Made by a program: the position numbers and the translations under genes
The notes under the pieces: model-generated
What the model was told of the DNA's origin: nothing
What the model saw: only the letters and a program-made list of their open reading frames with translations
Databases searched by the model: none
Source: Promethearchaeota archaeon
Lineage (GTDB): Archaea; Asgardarchaeota; Lokiarchaeia; Sigyniarchaeales; SOKP01
Direction: 5' to 3'
Assembly: GCA_016839555.1 (NCBI GenBank)
Contig: JAEOUA010000007.1
Span: 262,398 to 326,397 of the forward strand
Length of the DNA stretch: 64,000 bases
Shown: positions 51,726-61,600 of the stretch, piece by piece
Layout: each line of letters begins with the position of its first letter
Numbering within the stretch: position 1 is the stretch's first letter

Positions 51726-51796
51726 GTTGGCACATCCCGCGCAAGGGTAGTCTTGTCCAATCTTAGATTTTTATTGAACAATCATCCTAGACCAAC
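51726..51796 (-). promoter_or_regulatory. Eukaryote-like SECIS element of vhuU
   Basis: Minus strand: GUUGGU CUAGG AUGA UUGUUCAAU AAAAAUCUAAG AUUGGACAA GA CUA...CCAAC. AUGA/GA core, 9-bp upper stem, A-rich apical loop, lower pairings UAG/CUA and GUUGG/CCAAC. Confidence 0.75.
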
Positions 51797-51934
51797 ATTT
51801 AATTGTCGAGAGTAAAGCTCTTTGCCCTCTTCATCAACAACCGTGATGTGAGCAGCACACGATAGTCAGCAATCATAACATCTAACTATCATTTCTAAGA
51901 GATTTACTAACCCTTCGTCTACTTCTTCACTCAT
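51782..51934 (-). CDS. vhuU: Selenocysteine-containing [NiFeSe]-hydrogenase small peptide VhuU (not in ORF track)
   Basis: MSEEVDEGLVNLLEMIVRCYDC-U(TGA 51868-51866)-LSCAAHITVVDEEGKELYSRQLNVGLG*. It supplies the C-terminal DxUxxCxxH motif missing from the upstream large subunit. Confidence 0.92.
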
Positions 51935-52010
51935 TTTTATTCAAATTTATTTTAAGACAATTGGAAATATATTTTAAAATATTAATAATAGAAATTTCAT
52001 TATATATTGC

Positions 52011-52898
52011 TTATTTGAGATTATGTTTTTCTAATAAATCTGTCGCTCTCGCTCGATGATATTTCAAGCCAATTTCTTCTGAACTTATTCCAAAAGCAAG
52101 TGCTAATAATTCTGTCAAATATAAAATAGGGATATTATATTCAACATCAAACATTTTTGAAAGATTTCGCTGATTTGTATCCATTTGTTGAAAACATGCA
52201 GGACAATTAACAATAAATGCTTCAGCTCCAGCTTTTAATGCACTATCAAACTTGTTTTTAAGGATTTGCATCGCTGGTTCTTCCTCTGCATGACTTGTTC
52301 CTGCTCCACAGCAGAGCATCTCCTCCTCGTAATCCACAGGAATAGCTCCAGTAAGTTTTACGATTTCTCTTAACTTCTTAGGCTCCATTGGATCATCTGT
52401 TTGTAAGATTTCTGAAGGTCTTACATAATGACATCCCGTATGACATGCTACCTTTAATCCTGTTAAATCTTTAACAATATTTTCTTTAATTTTATCAGGG
52501 TTTATAGCATGGATTATCTCCACAAAATGCTTTACATTTATTGTTCCACTGAATTCTTTGTCGATTGATTTTAAAATATCATTAACTTTCTCTTTTTTAT
52601 GTTCATCATTTATTAATTCTTGATTTGCGACTTTCAATGTTTGGAAACATCCATTGCATAATGAAATAATATCTTTTCCTTCATTTTCAGCAATAATTAG
52701 ATTCCGAGCTGCCATAGCTAACCAGCTTTCATGATCCACTTGTTTAAGTCCAGTAGGATCGGGACAGCAAGAAAAAGGTCCTTCAGAAGTTTTGATATCA
52801 AGAATATCAAACACTTTTCTAGCAGAAGCTTCAATAAAGGGAATCCTATTTCCAATTACACATCCTTCAAACATCTTGTATTCTTTAACTTTTGCCAC
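52011..52898 (-). CDS. hdrB: Heterodisulfide reductase subunit B
   Basis: FEGC, SCCPDP, LCNGCF, HTGCH, CCGAG, NCPACF double CCG domain. Confidence 0.93.
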   Translation of the reverse strand: MAKVKEYKMFEGCVIGNRIPFIEASARKVFDILDIKTSEGPFSCCPDPTGLKQVDHESWLAMAARNLIIAENEGKDIISLCNGCFQTLKVANQELINDEHKKEKVNDILKSIDKEFSGTINVKHFVEIIHAINPDKIKENIVKDLTGLKVACHTGCHYVRPSEILQTDDPMEPKKLREIVKLTGAIPVDYEEEMLCCGAGTSHAEEEPAMQILKNKFDSALKAGAEAFIVNCPACFQQMDTNQRNLSKMFDVEYNIPILYLTELLALAFGISSEEIGLKYHRARATDLLEKHNLK

Positions 52899-52902
52899 TT
52901 TC

Positions 52903-53412
52903 TTACTCCTCTTTATTTTTTTCTAAAATTTTGTTTAATTTAGTTCTATTTAAAATTTTTTGAACCTCTTCTATATTTGGAGGTTTTATTTCAGGAAGGT
53001 TAAATTGAGCACGCCTTCTCTCAACAGCAGACTGCATAGGAATGGCTTTCCCACTTTCATAAATACTACTTGCTTGACTTATAAAATATTTAGGACCTTC
53101 CTCTCTTTTGATGCTCATGTTCTTTAAAGCTGTGAATATTTCTGTGAGTTCAATATTTTGTGGGCATACTTCATCGCAAGTATCACAAATTGTACATCCC
53201 CATAAATTAAATGTATCCTCTACTCCAAATATAATCGATTTAAAACCTAAAAATGATGATAAAATGAGACTCCGTGGATCATATCTCTCAGGAACTATAT
53301 CTGAGACAGGACAATTATCCGTACAGCGATTACATTGATAACAATATTTGAGAGTTTCATTAATGTGAGCATCCATCACAATTTTTTTTAATTCGTAATC
53401 TATACTAACCAT
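52903..53412 (-). CDS. hdrC: Heterodisulfide reductase subunit C
   Basis: CYQCNRCTDNCP, WGCTICDTCDEVCP. Confidence 0.92.
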   Translation of the reverse strand: MVSIDYELKKIVMDAHINETLKYCYQCNRCTDNCPVSDIVPERYDPRSLILSSFLGFKSIIFGVEDTFNLWGCTICDTCDEVCPQNIELTEIFTALKNMSIKREEGPKYFISQASSIYESGKAIPMQSAVERRRAQFNLPEIKPPNIEEVQKILNRTKLNKILEKNKEE

Positions 53413-53468
53413 ATCTTTTCACTTTTTTGATTATTCTTTTAGCTAATAAAATATTTTATAATTTAGAT

Positions 53469-54773
53469 TTATTTAATCCATGGATCTGGTAAATTTAGTC
53501 CATCTAAAGCATTTTCTTCGAATATTTGTTTCGCGGTATGCATCAATGATTTTTCAATGCCAGCAATATTATGATTAGTTGCCACCATGAGATTCAGTTT
53601 CTTGCAGATACCTTCCTCGTCTGACCATATATTGTAAACGAGCAACCCACGTGGAGCTTCAGTGATTCCCACTCCCACTCCTTCTTTCGGCTCAATATCT
53701 AACGTTTTACAATCAGGATTCACAATATCAGGATCTTCTAATAAAACTTTAACATTTTCGATAGCTTCTACCGTTTCAATTAATCTTGCCCAATGATAGG
53801 CAAACGTATGATGGGAAATTTCACCTAATTTCGCTCTAAACGCCTCCAATGCTTCTTGAGCTAAGGGGGTCGCCATCTTATCGGCGGCATTGATCATCGC
53901 AAGAGTATTAGCTCGATATATACCCTCTGGATATCCTGCAGGTTTATAATAGGTATGTGTTGCATACGAATGTTTTGGGATATGCTCACCAATTACCTCC
54001 AAATACTCATGCACATCATGATCTATCTTTTTACCATCGGGAGTAACTACCCTAATATCGCCCTCATAAATATCATGAATTCCGTTTTTTGTCATTCCCA
54101 GATAATATGTAGGTACAACTCCTATATTCGCCACGATATCCCAATAATCTTCCACTACTTTTAAGCCGATGTCTACCGTCTTTTTTGTGAATTCAATTTG
54201 TTCGTCGATCCTTTTTAAGAATTTATCGCGGGCACTCTCGTCCATCGGCTTTTTCATTCCACCTACAATTGCGGAAATTGGGTGTACTGATTTTCCTCCA
54301 ATTTCTTCGCATAATTTCTGCCCAAAATCCATCATCTTTAAGGCCATTTTGCCAACTTCGGGCATTTTATTGATAATATGTACTACATTTCGTAATTTAG
54401 GATCCGCAAATGGTCCGACTAAAAAGTCTGGGGCGGCTAATGCGTAGAAATGCAATAAATGAGATGAATATTGCTTAGCATTCATAATTAACTGCCGCAA
54501 TTTATATGCGGGATCAGGAATTTCCACATCCCATGCATCTTCAACCGCTTTAGTAGGGGTAAGATGATGTGGGATTGGACAGATTCCACAAATTCTAGGG
54601 GTAATCCTTGGAACATGTTCGCAATATCTCCCCTCCACGAATTTCTCAAAGAATCTTGTGGAGGTTATATTAAATTGAACATCTTTCACTTTTCCATCAT
54701 CATCAATAACTACATGTAAATCGCCATGCCCCTCTAATCGAGTAACTGGCTCAACTTTTATCTCTTTCACCAT
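53469..54773 (-). CDS. vhuA: Group 3c [NiFe(Se)] hydrogenase large subunit lacking the C-terminal DPCxxCxxH (split, VhuA-type)
   Basis: EPVTRLEGHG, RFFEKF, PRICGIC, EAPRG, VATNHN; ends LPDPWIK without the second CxxC. Confidence 0.9.
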   Translation of the reverse strand: MVKEIKVEPVTRLEGHGDLHVVIDDDGKVKDVQFNITSTRFFEKFVEGRYCEHVPRITPRICGICPIPHHLTPTKAVEDAWDVEIPDPAYKLRQLIMNAKQYSSHLLHFYALAAPDFLVGPFADPKLRNVVHIINKMPEVGKMALKMMDFGQKLCEEIGGKSVHPISAIVGGMKKPMDESARDKFLKRIDEQIEFTKKTVDIGLKVVEDYWDIVANIGVVPTYYLGMTKNGIHDIYEGDIRVVTPDGKKIDHDVHEYLEVIGEHIPKHSYATHTYYKPAGYPEGIYRANTLAMINAADKMATPLAQEALEAFRAKLGEISHHTFAYHWARLIETVEAIENVKVLLEDPDIVNPDCKTLDIEPKEGVGVGITEAPRGLLVYNIWSDEEGICKKLNLMVATNHNIAGIEKSLMHTAKQIFEENALDGLNLPDPWIK

Positions 54774-54778
54774 TTTAT

Positions 54779-56188
54779 CTATTCTCCCTCCTTGAACTTA
54801 TCATGATATTTATGACCTATAGAACTGTCCGCTAAGGTAAATCTATTAAATAAACCAGCAGGATCCTTTATTATCTTCATGACTTCCTCAGGATCTTGGT
54901 CTGCTGTTAATGAACCTAATGTACTGATAAATTTAGCCCCTTGATCTTTAACACCGACAGGTGGACCATAACATCCAAGACAAGGAGCATTTGCTTTATT
55001 AGGACAGATTGCACCGCAACCTGCTTGAGTTACTGGACCCAAACAGATATATCCTTGTTCTAAAAAGCATTTTTCTTGATTTGGAAGTCCCTCATAATCT
55101 CGTTTTAATGCAACTGGAACTTTATCAACAACATCCCTATTACAATGACTACAAACAGTTTTAGAACTAAATTTGAAATTAGGATCATCCTTTAATAAGA
55201 ATAAAGCGACTCCAATTATTTCATCAATAATATTGTTTCCTGTAGGACTTACATCTAAAACCAATTTAGAACCATTATCAGTTTCTATTTCTTTTATTTT
55301 AAAACTTTCTGGCTCATAAGCTAATCTTTGCAGTAAATCTCCTCTGAAATAAAAATTTGTAATATTTGATACACCTAAGTATAAATCTAAAAAATGTTGT
55401 AAACTCGCAGCATTTTTTTCATTTAATAAGTCAATATTTTCGATTAATGATTTTAATTGTTTTGCTTTCTTACTTGGATTTGAGGTGGGTCTAAAACATC
55501 CATAACAATAATCATTATTATTTGGACACAATAAATCACAACCAGCTGCGGTAATTGGACCATAACATAATTCTCCCTTATCAAGAAAACATCCTTCTTC
55601 AAATAAATCACAAGAATCACATACACAACCATCTTTATTAACAGATTCTGGCACTTCTCCTACTAATGTGAGCAAATAATATATTGCGGCAATAATATTT
55701 TCAGTTCTAGGAGGACATCCAGGAATAAAAACATCAACATCCACGATATCCTTTACATTAATAATGTAATCTTCAAAACCAGGAACGTTTTCTGTTGGTT
55801 CCGCGGGTTTTTTATCAGTTATAGATTCTGCTTCAATAAATTTTCTATTAACTAACTCCTCTATATCATATAAATTTGCTAATCCTTTAACACTTCCATA
55901 ACAAGCACAAGCTCCTAATGCCACAACAATCTTGCATTTCTTTCGGATTAATTTGACATGTTCGGTATCTTCTTTTGTTCTGGCGACACCCTCAATGAAA
56001 CCTACAACGATTTCCCCATCATCCCTTTCTTTTAAAGAATCTAATTTGTAATCTACAACTGCGGGCCAATAAACAATTTCTAACTCTGGTAAAATAGGTA
56101 ATAATTCGAGGTGCGCGTTTAATAAGCTCTGATAACAGCCCCAGCAGCTTGATAACTGCATAAATGCTACTTTGACTTTTTCTGGCAT
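54779..56188 (-). CDS. mvhG: Hydrogenase small subunit MvhG/VhuG with duplicated C-terminal Fe-S domain
   Basis: SSCWGC, GACACYG, IPGCPP; two CFLxxGxxCxGPxTxAGC...CxGC modules; likely start MPEKVK at 56188. Confidence 0.88.
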   Translation of the reverse strand: MPEKVKVAFMQLSSCWGCYQSLLNAHLELLPILPELEIVYWPAVVDYKLDSLKERDDGEIVVGFIEGVARTKEDTEHVKLIRKKCKIVVALGACACYGSVKGLANLYDIEELVNRKFIEAESITDKKPAEPTENVPGFEDYIINVKDIVDVDVFIPGCPPRTENIIAAIYYLLTLVGEVPESVNKDGCVCDSCDLFEEGCFLDKGELCYGPITAAGCDLLCPNNNDYCYGCFRPTSNPSKKAKQLKSLIENIDLLNEKNAASLQHFLDLYLGVSNITNFYFRGDLLQRLAYEPESFKIKEIETDNGSKLVLDVSPTGNNIIDEIIGVALFLLKDDPNFKFSSKTVCSHCNRDVVDKVPVALKRDYEGLPNQEKCFLEQGYICLGPVTQAGCGAICPNKANAPCLGCYGPPVGVKDQGAKFISTLGSLTADQDPEEVMKIIKDPAGLFNRFTLADSSIGHKYHDKFKEGE

Positions 56189-56428
56189 CTTTTTTTCAAT
56201 CTTTTCTTGTATTATAATTATTATTATTGATTTTGAAAATTTTAAATGTATTAAAAAATTTGTCAAAAAATCTGATTGTAATAAGTTCCCCATTCCCAGA
56301 CCTTAATACAAAAAAACTTTTACTTCACGTGTAAGAACTCAGGATCAAAATTAAAAATTACTATTAATTTTGAAAACTCAATTAGTTTAAGATTAGAAAA
56401 TTCAATATATTTAATTATTATAGATTAT

Positions 56429-57175
56429 TTAATCCTTTTTTGGTAAAATAAAACCGATATATGCGCATATCATTCCCGTTAATTGAAATATCCATGCTAA
56501 GAAGTAAAAAGGAGTAAAATGACGGAAACCTACCATTACTAATAATCGATCTATTAAAAAGGCTAATAATACCATCATAAAATTGAACGACATTAATGTT
56601 AAGGAGATCAACTTTTTCTTAATAAAAGCATCTTTAGCGGTTTTATAGCCTCTCCAAGTTCGAACTGAAAATGGTAAAAAGACAATAAAAACTTCAATAA
56701 ACACAAAAAGGAAACATAACGCATCTAAGAATGTGTTTCCCCTTGCATATATAATAAATCCAAAAAATATCGTGAATAGAGTATATATTACAAAAGAATA
56801 GGTACCTAAATTACGAAAATCCTCTTCATAAATATTAATTTTAAAAAAGTATCCAAAAAAAGCGGCTGCTGAAACTAAGGCAAGGCTTATCCGAAAATCC
56901 ACAATTCTCAAAAAGAACCAATTTAATGGGGTGTAAGGATATGTTTCTTGTGGTGCATTATATATGTAATCCAACTCTGTAAATAGCGTAATAATTTTAG
57001 AAAACAATGAAAAAATAACAGCAAAAAGTATATTTAAAAATAATAAAAATAGATAAAGTGTCTGGCGATTTCGGAATTGATAATATTTTTTGTATGTTAA
57101 TAACAGAATTACTAGAGTAGAGGGAAAAATTAACAATCCTTCATAAAATGCACCGACAACAACGATAATATCCAT
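56429..57175 (-). CDS. Hypothetical polytopic (~7 TM) membrane protein
   Basis: About seven hydrophobic segments; no recognisable catalytic motif. Confidence 0.75.
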   Translation of the reverse strand: MDIIVVVGAFYEGLLIFPSTLVILLLTYKKYYQFRNRQTLYLFLLFLNILFAVIFSLFSKIITLFTELDYIYNAPQETYPYTPLNWFFLRIVDFRISLALVSAAAFFGYFFKINIYEEDFRNLGTYSFVIYTLFTIFFGFIIYARGNTFLDALCFLFVFIEVFIVFLPFSVRTWRGYKTAKDAFIKKKLISLTLMSFNFMMVLLAFLIDRLLVMVGFRHFTPFYFLAWIFQLTGMICAYIGFILPKKD

Positions 57176-57436
57176 ATTTTCTATAAAAAATTTATTCTAT
57201 TAAAAATTATTTTATACTCAACAGAAATATTTAAGTTCGTTCTTATAAGGTAAGAATTACTATAATATTTAAATGAAATTGTAAGTGAAATCTACTTCTA
57301 AATTACTTTATAAAATTAAATTTAATCAGATTTTAATTTTTGATTATGTTTTACTTTTTATAAAATATTTTTTTTTAAAAGTTCAACACACTTAATTAAA
57401 AAAATTAACCTATTTTAATCTATATCGACAGAGAAA

Positions 57437-58894
57437 ATGGTTAAATATTCGAAATTACGAGAGAATCGAAAAAACATGGAAAAAAATATATTCACTCAGG
57501 ATGATAAAACAAAAAATCTAGATTTAATCACTAAGACCTGGCCTAGTTTAGTATCTTACCTTTCCTATGCATTTACTTTAGCAACTTTATATATAAATAT
57601 CATAATTATTTCTAATATTATTTGGCCTAATGATGATTTTCATTCTAGTGAAATTGGGTTATTATTTGGAATTTCAACCTACGTAATGGCATTCTCTGGA
57701 TTAATTTTTGGTAATTTGGCTGATAAAGTATCCAGAATAAAATTATTATCTCTATCAGTATTTTTTTTTGGGATTGGATTCATACTAAATGGTTTTGCTC
57801 CTCCTGAAATGGGGACATATACATATCTTTATTTTTTTATTTGTGTTCTAATTAGAGGATTTTTTAGTGGAGGGTTTTGGCCTATTATTAATTCGTATAT
57901 AACTGATAAAACCAATGAAGATGAGAGATCTCAATTTTTTGGGATTTTAAATGCGACATTTCAGATAATTCAATTAATAGGTATGATTATTGCGGCGATT
58001 ATGTTTCAAAGTGGTTTATGGAAACTCTATTTTTGGATTGTTGGATCTTTTATTTCTTTTCTAGGGATAATTTTACTAAAAGCTGATGAGCCTAAACGTG
58101 CATCAACGAGAGAGGAATTAAAAGATGTAATCTCAAATGAAAATATCTTATATGAATATCGATTAAATAAAGATTCTATAAAAGAGACTATTTTGAAACC
58201 TACAAATATCATTGCATTCATAGAAGGAATTTTCACCACTGTTTTATTATCTATTCCAGATTTTTTGCTTATAGCTTATTTTGAATCTGAGCCCCATAAT
58301 TTTTCTCCAATTGTAGCGAGTATCTTTATGATTATGTTTGGAGTTCCTGGTACTGTGTTTGGTTCAATTATATTCTCGAGGTTTTCTGATGATTTAGCAA
58401 AAAGGAATATAAAGAACCGTGTATATATGATAATTTTTTCTTTAGTCGGAATATTTCTTATTTTTTTAATAGTTTTTTCACTTCCTATCCCCCATTTTAC
58501 TATTCAAGAAGGAAATGATTTAATTCTTATTTTATCATTTCCTATTACATGGATATTAGGATTAGTTGCTTTTCTTGCCCGTTCTATTTTGGGATTATAT
58601 AATATTAATCAACCTCCATTACTACAAAAAATAAATCTTCCTGAAGCTCAAGGGTTCATAAGTTCGGCAAATCAGTTTTTAGAAAGTATCGGCTATGGCA
58701 CAGGACCAATCTTAGCAGGAACATTATTATTATTGTTTAATCAAAATTATCAAATTACTGTTACTTTAACAATGTCTATGGGAATTCTTGGGGCATTTTT
58801 TTGGGTTTTTGCTATAAAATGGATTGAAGAAGATTCTAATCGAATTTCAATAATATTACAAAATCGAAAAGACCAATTGAAAGAGAAAAGTTGA
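57437..58894 (+). CDS. MFS transporter
   Basis: FGNLADKVSR, ERSQFFG, about 12 TM. Confidence 0.88.
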   Translation: MVKYSKLRENRKNMEKNIFTQDDKTKNLDLITKTWPSLVSYLSYAFTLATLYINIIIISNIIWPNDDFHSSEIGLLFGISTYVMAFSGLIFGNLADKVSRIKLLSLSVFFFGIGFILNGFAPPEMGTYTYLYFFICVLIRGFFSGGFWPIINSYITDKTNEDERSQFFGILNATFQIIQLIGMIIAAIMFQSGLWKLYFWIVGSFISFLGIILLKADEPKRASTREELKDVISNENILYEYRLNKDSIKETILKPTNIIAFIEGIFTTVLLSIPDFLLIAYFESEPHNFSPIVASIFMIMFGVPGTVFGSIIFSRFSDDLAKRNIKNRVYMIIFSLVGIFLIFLIVFSLPIPHFTIQEGNDLILILSFPITWILGLVAFLARSILGLYNINQPPLLQKINLPEAQGFISSANQFLESIGYGTGPILAGTLLLLFNQNYQITVTLTMSMGILGAFFWVFAIKWIEEDSNRISIILQNRKDQLKEKS

Positions 58895-59056
58895 ATTTAA
58901 TATAATAATTAATCTAAAATTTAGAGTTTAAGAAAATATTATGATCTTTAATCTAATAATTCAATTAAAATTTTGAAATAACTATTAGTTAAATAATTTA
59001 AACAGCTTAAAAAATTATAGAAAAAGATTATAAATAAAATATTTTTAAGAAATTTT

Positions 59057-59866
59057 TTACGCGGCGATATATAATCTGCCATTAGTTTCCTTTTTAATGG
59101 AATGATCCCCACTATACTCGATGAATTTACCTTTTATCTTTTCCCCATTTGCCAATTCTATCTCATTTACCTCTCCAACTTTTTTGTAAGAAGGAAGTTT
59201 TCTTGATACTTTTCCCTTAACTATGATAGTTCCCCATGCTTGGTCCGCTCCAGTACATCTATCAACGTCTCCATCTACAACTATAGTCCCTCCATGATTG
59301 TGAATTCCTAAAAAGCTTCCAGCTCCTCCACAATAAAGCATCGGCCACTTATTAGCATTTTTCGAATTTCGTGCCCAAAGCATCGCTTCATTGCCAATTG
59401 TGCCCTTTACTCTAATAACACCATCTTTCATGCCTATCCAGAATCCACGATAAGCAGAACCAACATAATGTCCAGCATTTCCATTTATTTCTAATTCTCC
59501 TCCTTTTAACATAGCACCAGCCCAATCATCTGCATCACCATTGACCGTTATCTTTCCTCCTTTCATCTGATTTCCTACATGCATACCAACATTGCCATTA
59601 ATAACAATTTCACCAGTAGACATTTTTTCTCCAATTCTTTTGACTTTTGATAAATCACCATCGATTACGACTTTTAACTCGTCTGCTTTTCCATTTTTGC
59701 CTTTAACTTCAAAATAATCAGACAATTTTACTTTCTGACTCCCTAAATATAATTCTAATGCTTTAATCTCATTTAAAGATTTCTCTGCAAAAGTATCTGG
59801 AGAAATAACATCTGCTTCTAAGGGAAATTCAGGCTGTTTTTTTAATTTAAGTGTTATTTCTGCCAT
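59057..59866 (-). CDS. fwdC: Formylmethanofuran dehydrogenase subunit C
   Basis: PLEADVISPD; GXGXG beta-helix repeats (GEKMSTGEIVINGNVGMHVG, GSAYRG); likely start MAEIT. Confidence 0.92.
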   Translation of the reverse strand: MAEITLKLKKQPEFPLEADVISPDTFAEKSLNEIKALELYLGSQKVKLSDYFEVKGKNGKADELKVVIDGDLSKVKRIGEKMSTGEIVINGNVGMHVGNQMKGGKITVNGDADDWAGAMLKGGELEINGNAGHYVGSAYRGFWIGMKDGVIRVKGTIGNEAMLWARNSKNANKWPMLYCGGAGSFLGIHNHGGTIVVDGDVDRCTGADQAWGTIIVKGKVSRKLPSYKKVGEVNEIELANGEKIKGKFIEYSGDHSIKKETNGRLYIAA

Positions 59867-59867
59867 T

Positions 59868-61199
59868 TTATTTCTCACCTTTTTTTTCTTTGACTTTTTC
59901 TATAAGACGTTCTAGTATTTCTAAATCAGTTAAGCATTCACCCGGTGCATCTTTAACTTTTCTGAGTCGTAAGGGTACGTGATCCATACGATAAGCAGTT
60001 CCTTCACATTCTATTCCTGCAATTGCTGGTGGTAGTACTACATCTGCGAATGCTGATGTTGGGGTTTCATGAGGTTCTACTGCTATTAAGGGATGTTTAA
60101 ATAGAGATTTAACGGATTCTGCCGGAAAATTACTTGCTGGATCTGATGCCACAATTAAAGAGGCATCAATTTCATCCCGCATTAAAAGATCAACGGAAGA
60201 AAACTCTCCGGGATTATAACGTGGATATCCTCTGGAAAAATCAATGGAATAAGCATAACCAGTATTCCAAGTAAACACAGTGTTTGCTCCCGCTACATTA
60301 TAATGACCTCTCATTGGTGTTATTAAAAATTTCGTATGATCATTTAATTCTCTTGTTAAGCATATGGCAGCATCTATATTTCTATGGTGAGCCAAAGTTT
60401 GGGTTAATCCCATCCCGAAGAAAATTACTCCAAAACTGCAACTCTTAATAACATCAACTAATTCCTTAATTTTACTGATTGGAACCCCTGAAACTTCTTT
60501 TTCATCTAATTCTACTTCTCTTAGTAATGCTCGTATCGCATTAAATAATTCATAATCTTCGTTTGGATTAACTTGAATATGTAAATCGGCTATTTGAGCT
60601 GTGTGAGTATTCCTTGGATCAATTACTACAACAAATCGATCATTTCTCCCATCCTTTCTGAAATATCCTCTTATAAACTCACTATATCTACCGAGATGCC
60701 TTGGATGGGCATGAACAGGATTAGAACCCCAGAAAATTACTAAATCTGCTCGATTTTTATATTCTCCGAGGGTAGATGTGGGAATGCCAACATCTTGCTC
60801 CGCAAGTAAACTTGGACCGTGACATACAGAAGCTGTATTGTCTAATATACATCCCAATATTTCAGCTAATTCCACTCCTTTCCCTTGAGCTTCGCATTCA
60901 GTACTTGAAAAGCCATATAATAATGGTCGCTTGCTCTTAATTAATATCTCAGCTGCTTTATCAATTGCTTCTTCCCAAGATACTTCTTTATGTTTACCAT
61001 TTTCTCGTATTAATGGTTTTTCAAAGCGATGTTCGCCTGGATTAGAAGAATAAAATTTTGCAGTACCAATTTGACATGCATTTCTTACTTCTACTACTAG
61101 ATTTGTTGTTAAATCAATATCTACTTCTAAATCATCACATAAAGTCCCGCAAAAAGGACACACTACATCATAAACAGTTTTAATTTTTCTTTGTACCAT
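59868..61199 (-). CDS. fwdB: Formylmethanofuran dehydrogenase subunit B (Cys form)
   Basis: VCPFCGTLCDD, ASVCHGPS, HAHPRH, PMRGHYNV, GTAYRMD. Confidence 0.95.
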   Translation of the reverse strand: MVQRKIKTVYDVVCPFCGTLCDDLEVDIDLTTNLVVEVRNACQIGTAKFYSSNPGEHRFEKPLIRENGKHKEVSWEEAIDKAAEILIKSKRPLLYGFSSTECEAQGKGVELAEILGCILDNTASVCHGPSLLAEQDVGIPTSTLGEYKNRADLVIFWGSNPVHAHPRHLGRYSEFIRGYFRKDGRNDRFVVVIDPRNTHTAQIADLHIQVNPNEDYELFNAIRALLREVELDEKEVSGVPISKIKELVDVIKSCSFGVIFFGMGLTQTLAHHRNIDAAICLTRELNDHTKFLITPMRGHYNVAGANTVFTWNTGYAYSIDFSRGYPRYNPGEFSSVDLLMRDEIDASLIVASDPASNFPAESVKSLFKHPLIAVEPHETPTSAFADVVLPPAIAGIECEGTAYRMDHVPLRLRKVKDAPGECLTDLEILERLIEKVKEKKGEK

Positions 61200-61200
61200 C

Positions 61201-61599
61201 TTATTTAACCTCCCTTAGTTGCTTTATTAATTCTAAGGCGACTAATACTTTTGCCCCCTTCATAACCTCAACCTTCGCTTTCATCCCTTTAAATGTTGGT
61301 GTACCAGTAGATTGAGTATCTGGATTTACGACTTGATTTGCCCATGGTCCCATTGGAATAAAAATAATACCTGGGTGAGGTCCTTCTTCTGTTAGTATTG
61401 AATGGACAATAACCTCTCCATATTCAGTAATGACTTTCACTGGGGTTCCCGCCATACAATCTAATTTTTTAAAATCTTCTTTATCAAATATACAGATTGC
61501 TGCGGCTCTTACATTTTCTCTGGTGGTTTTTCTCCCTTCTAAAGCAATGCCTTGATTAATTGTTCTTCCCGTTAATAAGATTAAATTATCTATACTCAT
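61201..61599 (-). CDS. fwdD: Formylmethanofuran dehydrogenase subunit D
   Basis: LLTGRTINQG, FIPMGPWAN, TGTPTFKG. Confidence 0.93.
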   Translation of the reverse strand: MSIDNLILLTGRTINQGIALEGRKTTRENVRAAAICIFDKEDFKKLDCMAGTPVKVITEYGEVIVHSILTEEGPHPGIIFIPMGPWANQVVNPDTQSTGTPTFKGMKAKVEVMKGAKVLVALELIKQLREVK

Positions 61600-61600
61600 A

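Noticed and set aside
56189-56293. 35-aa N-terminal extension of MvhG in the ORF track
   Set aside because: Low-complexity AT-rich sequence; homology begins at MPEKVKVAF (56188).
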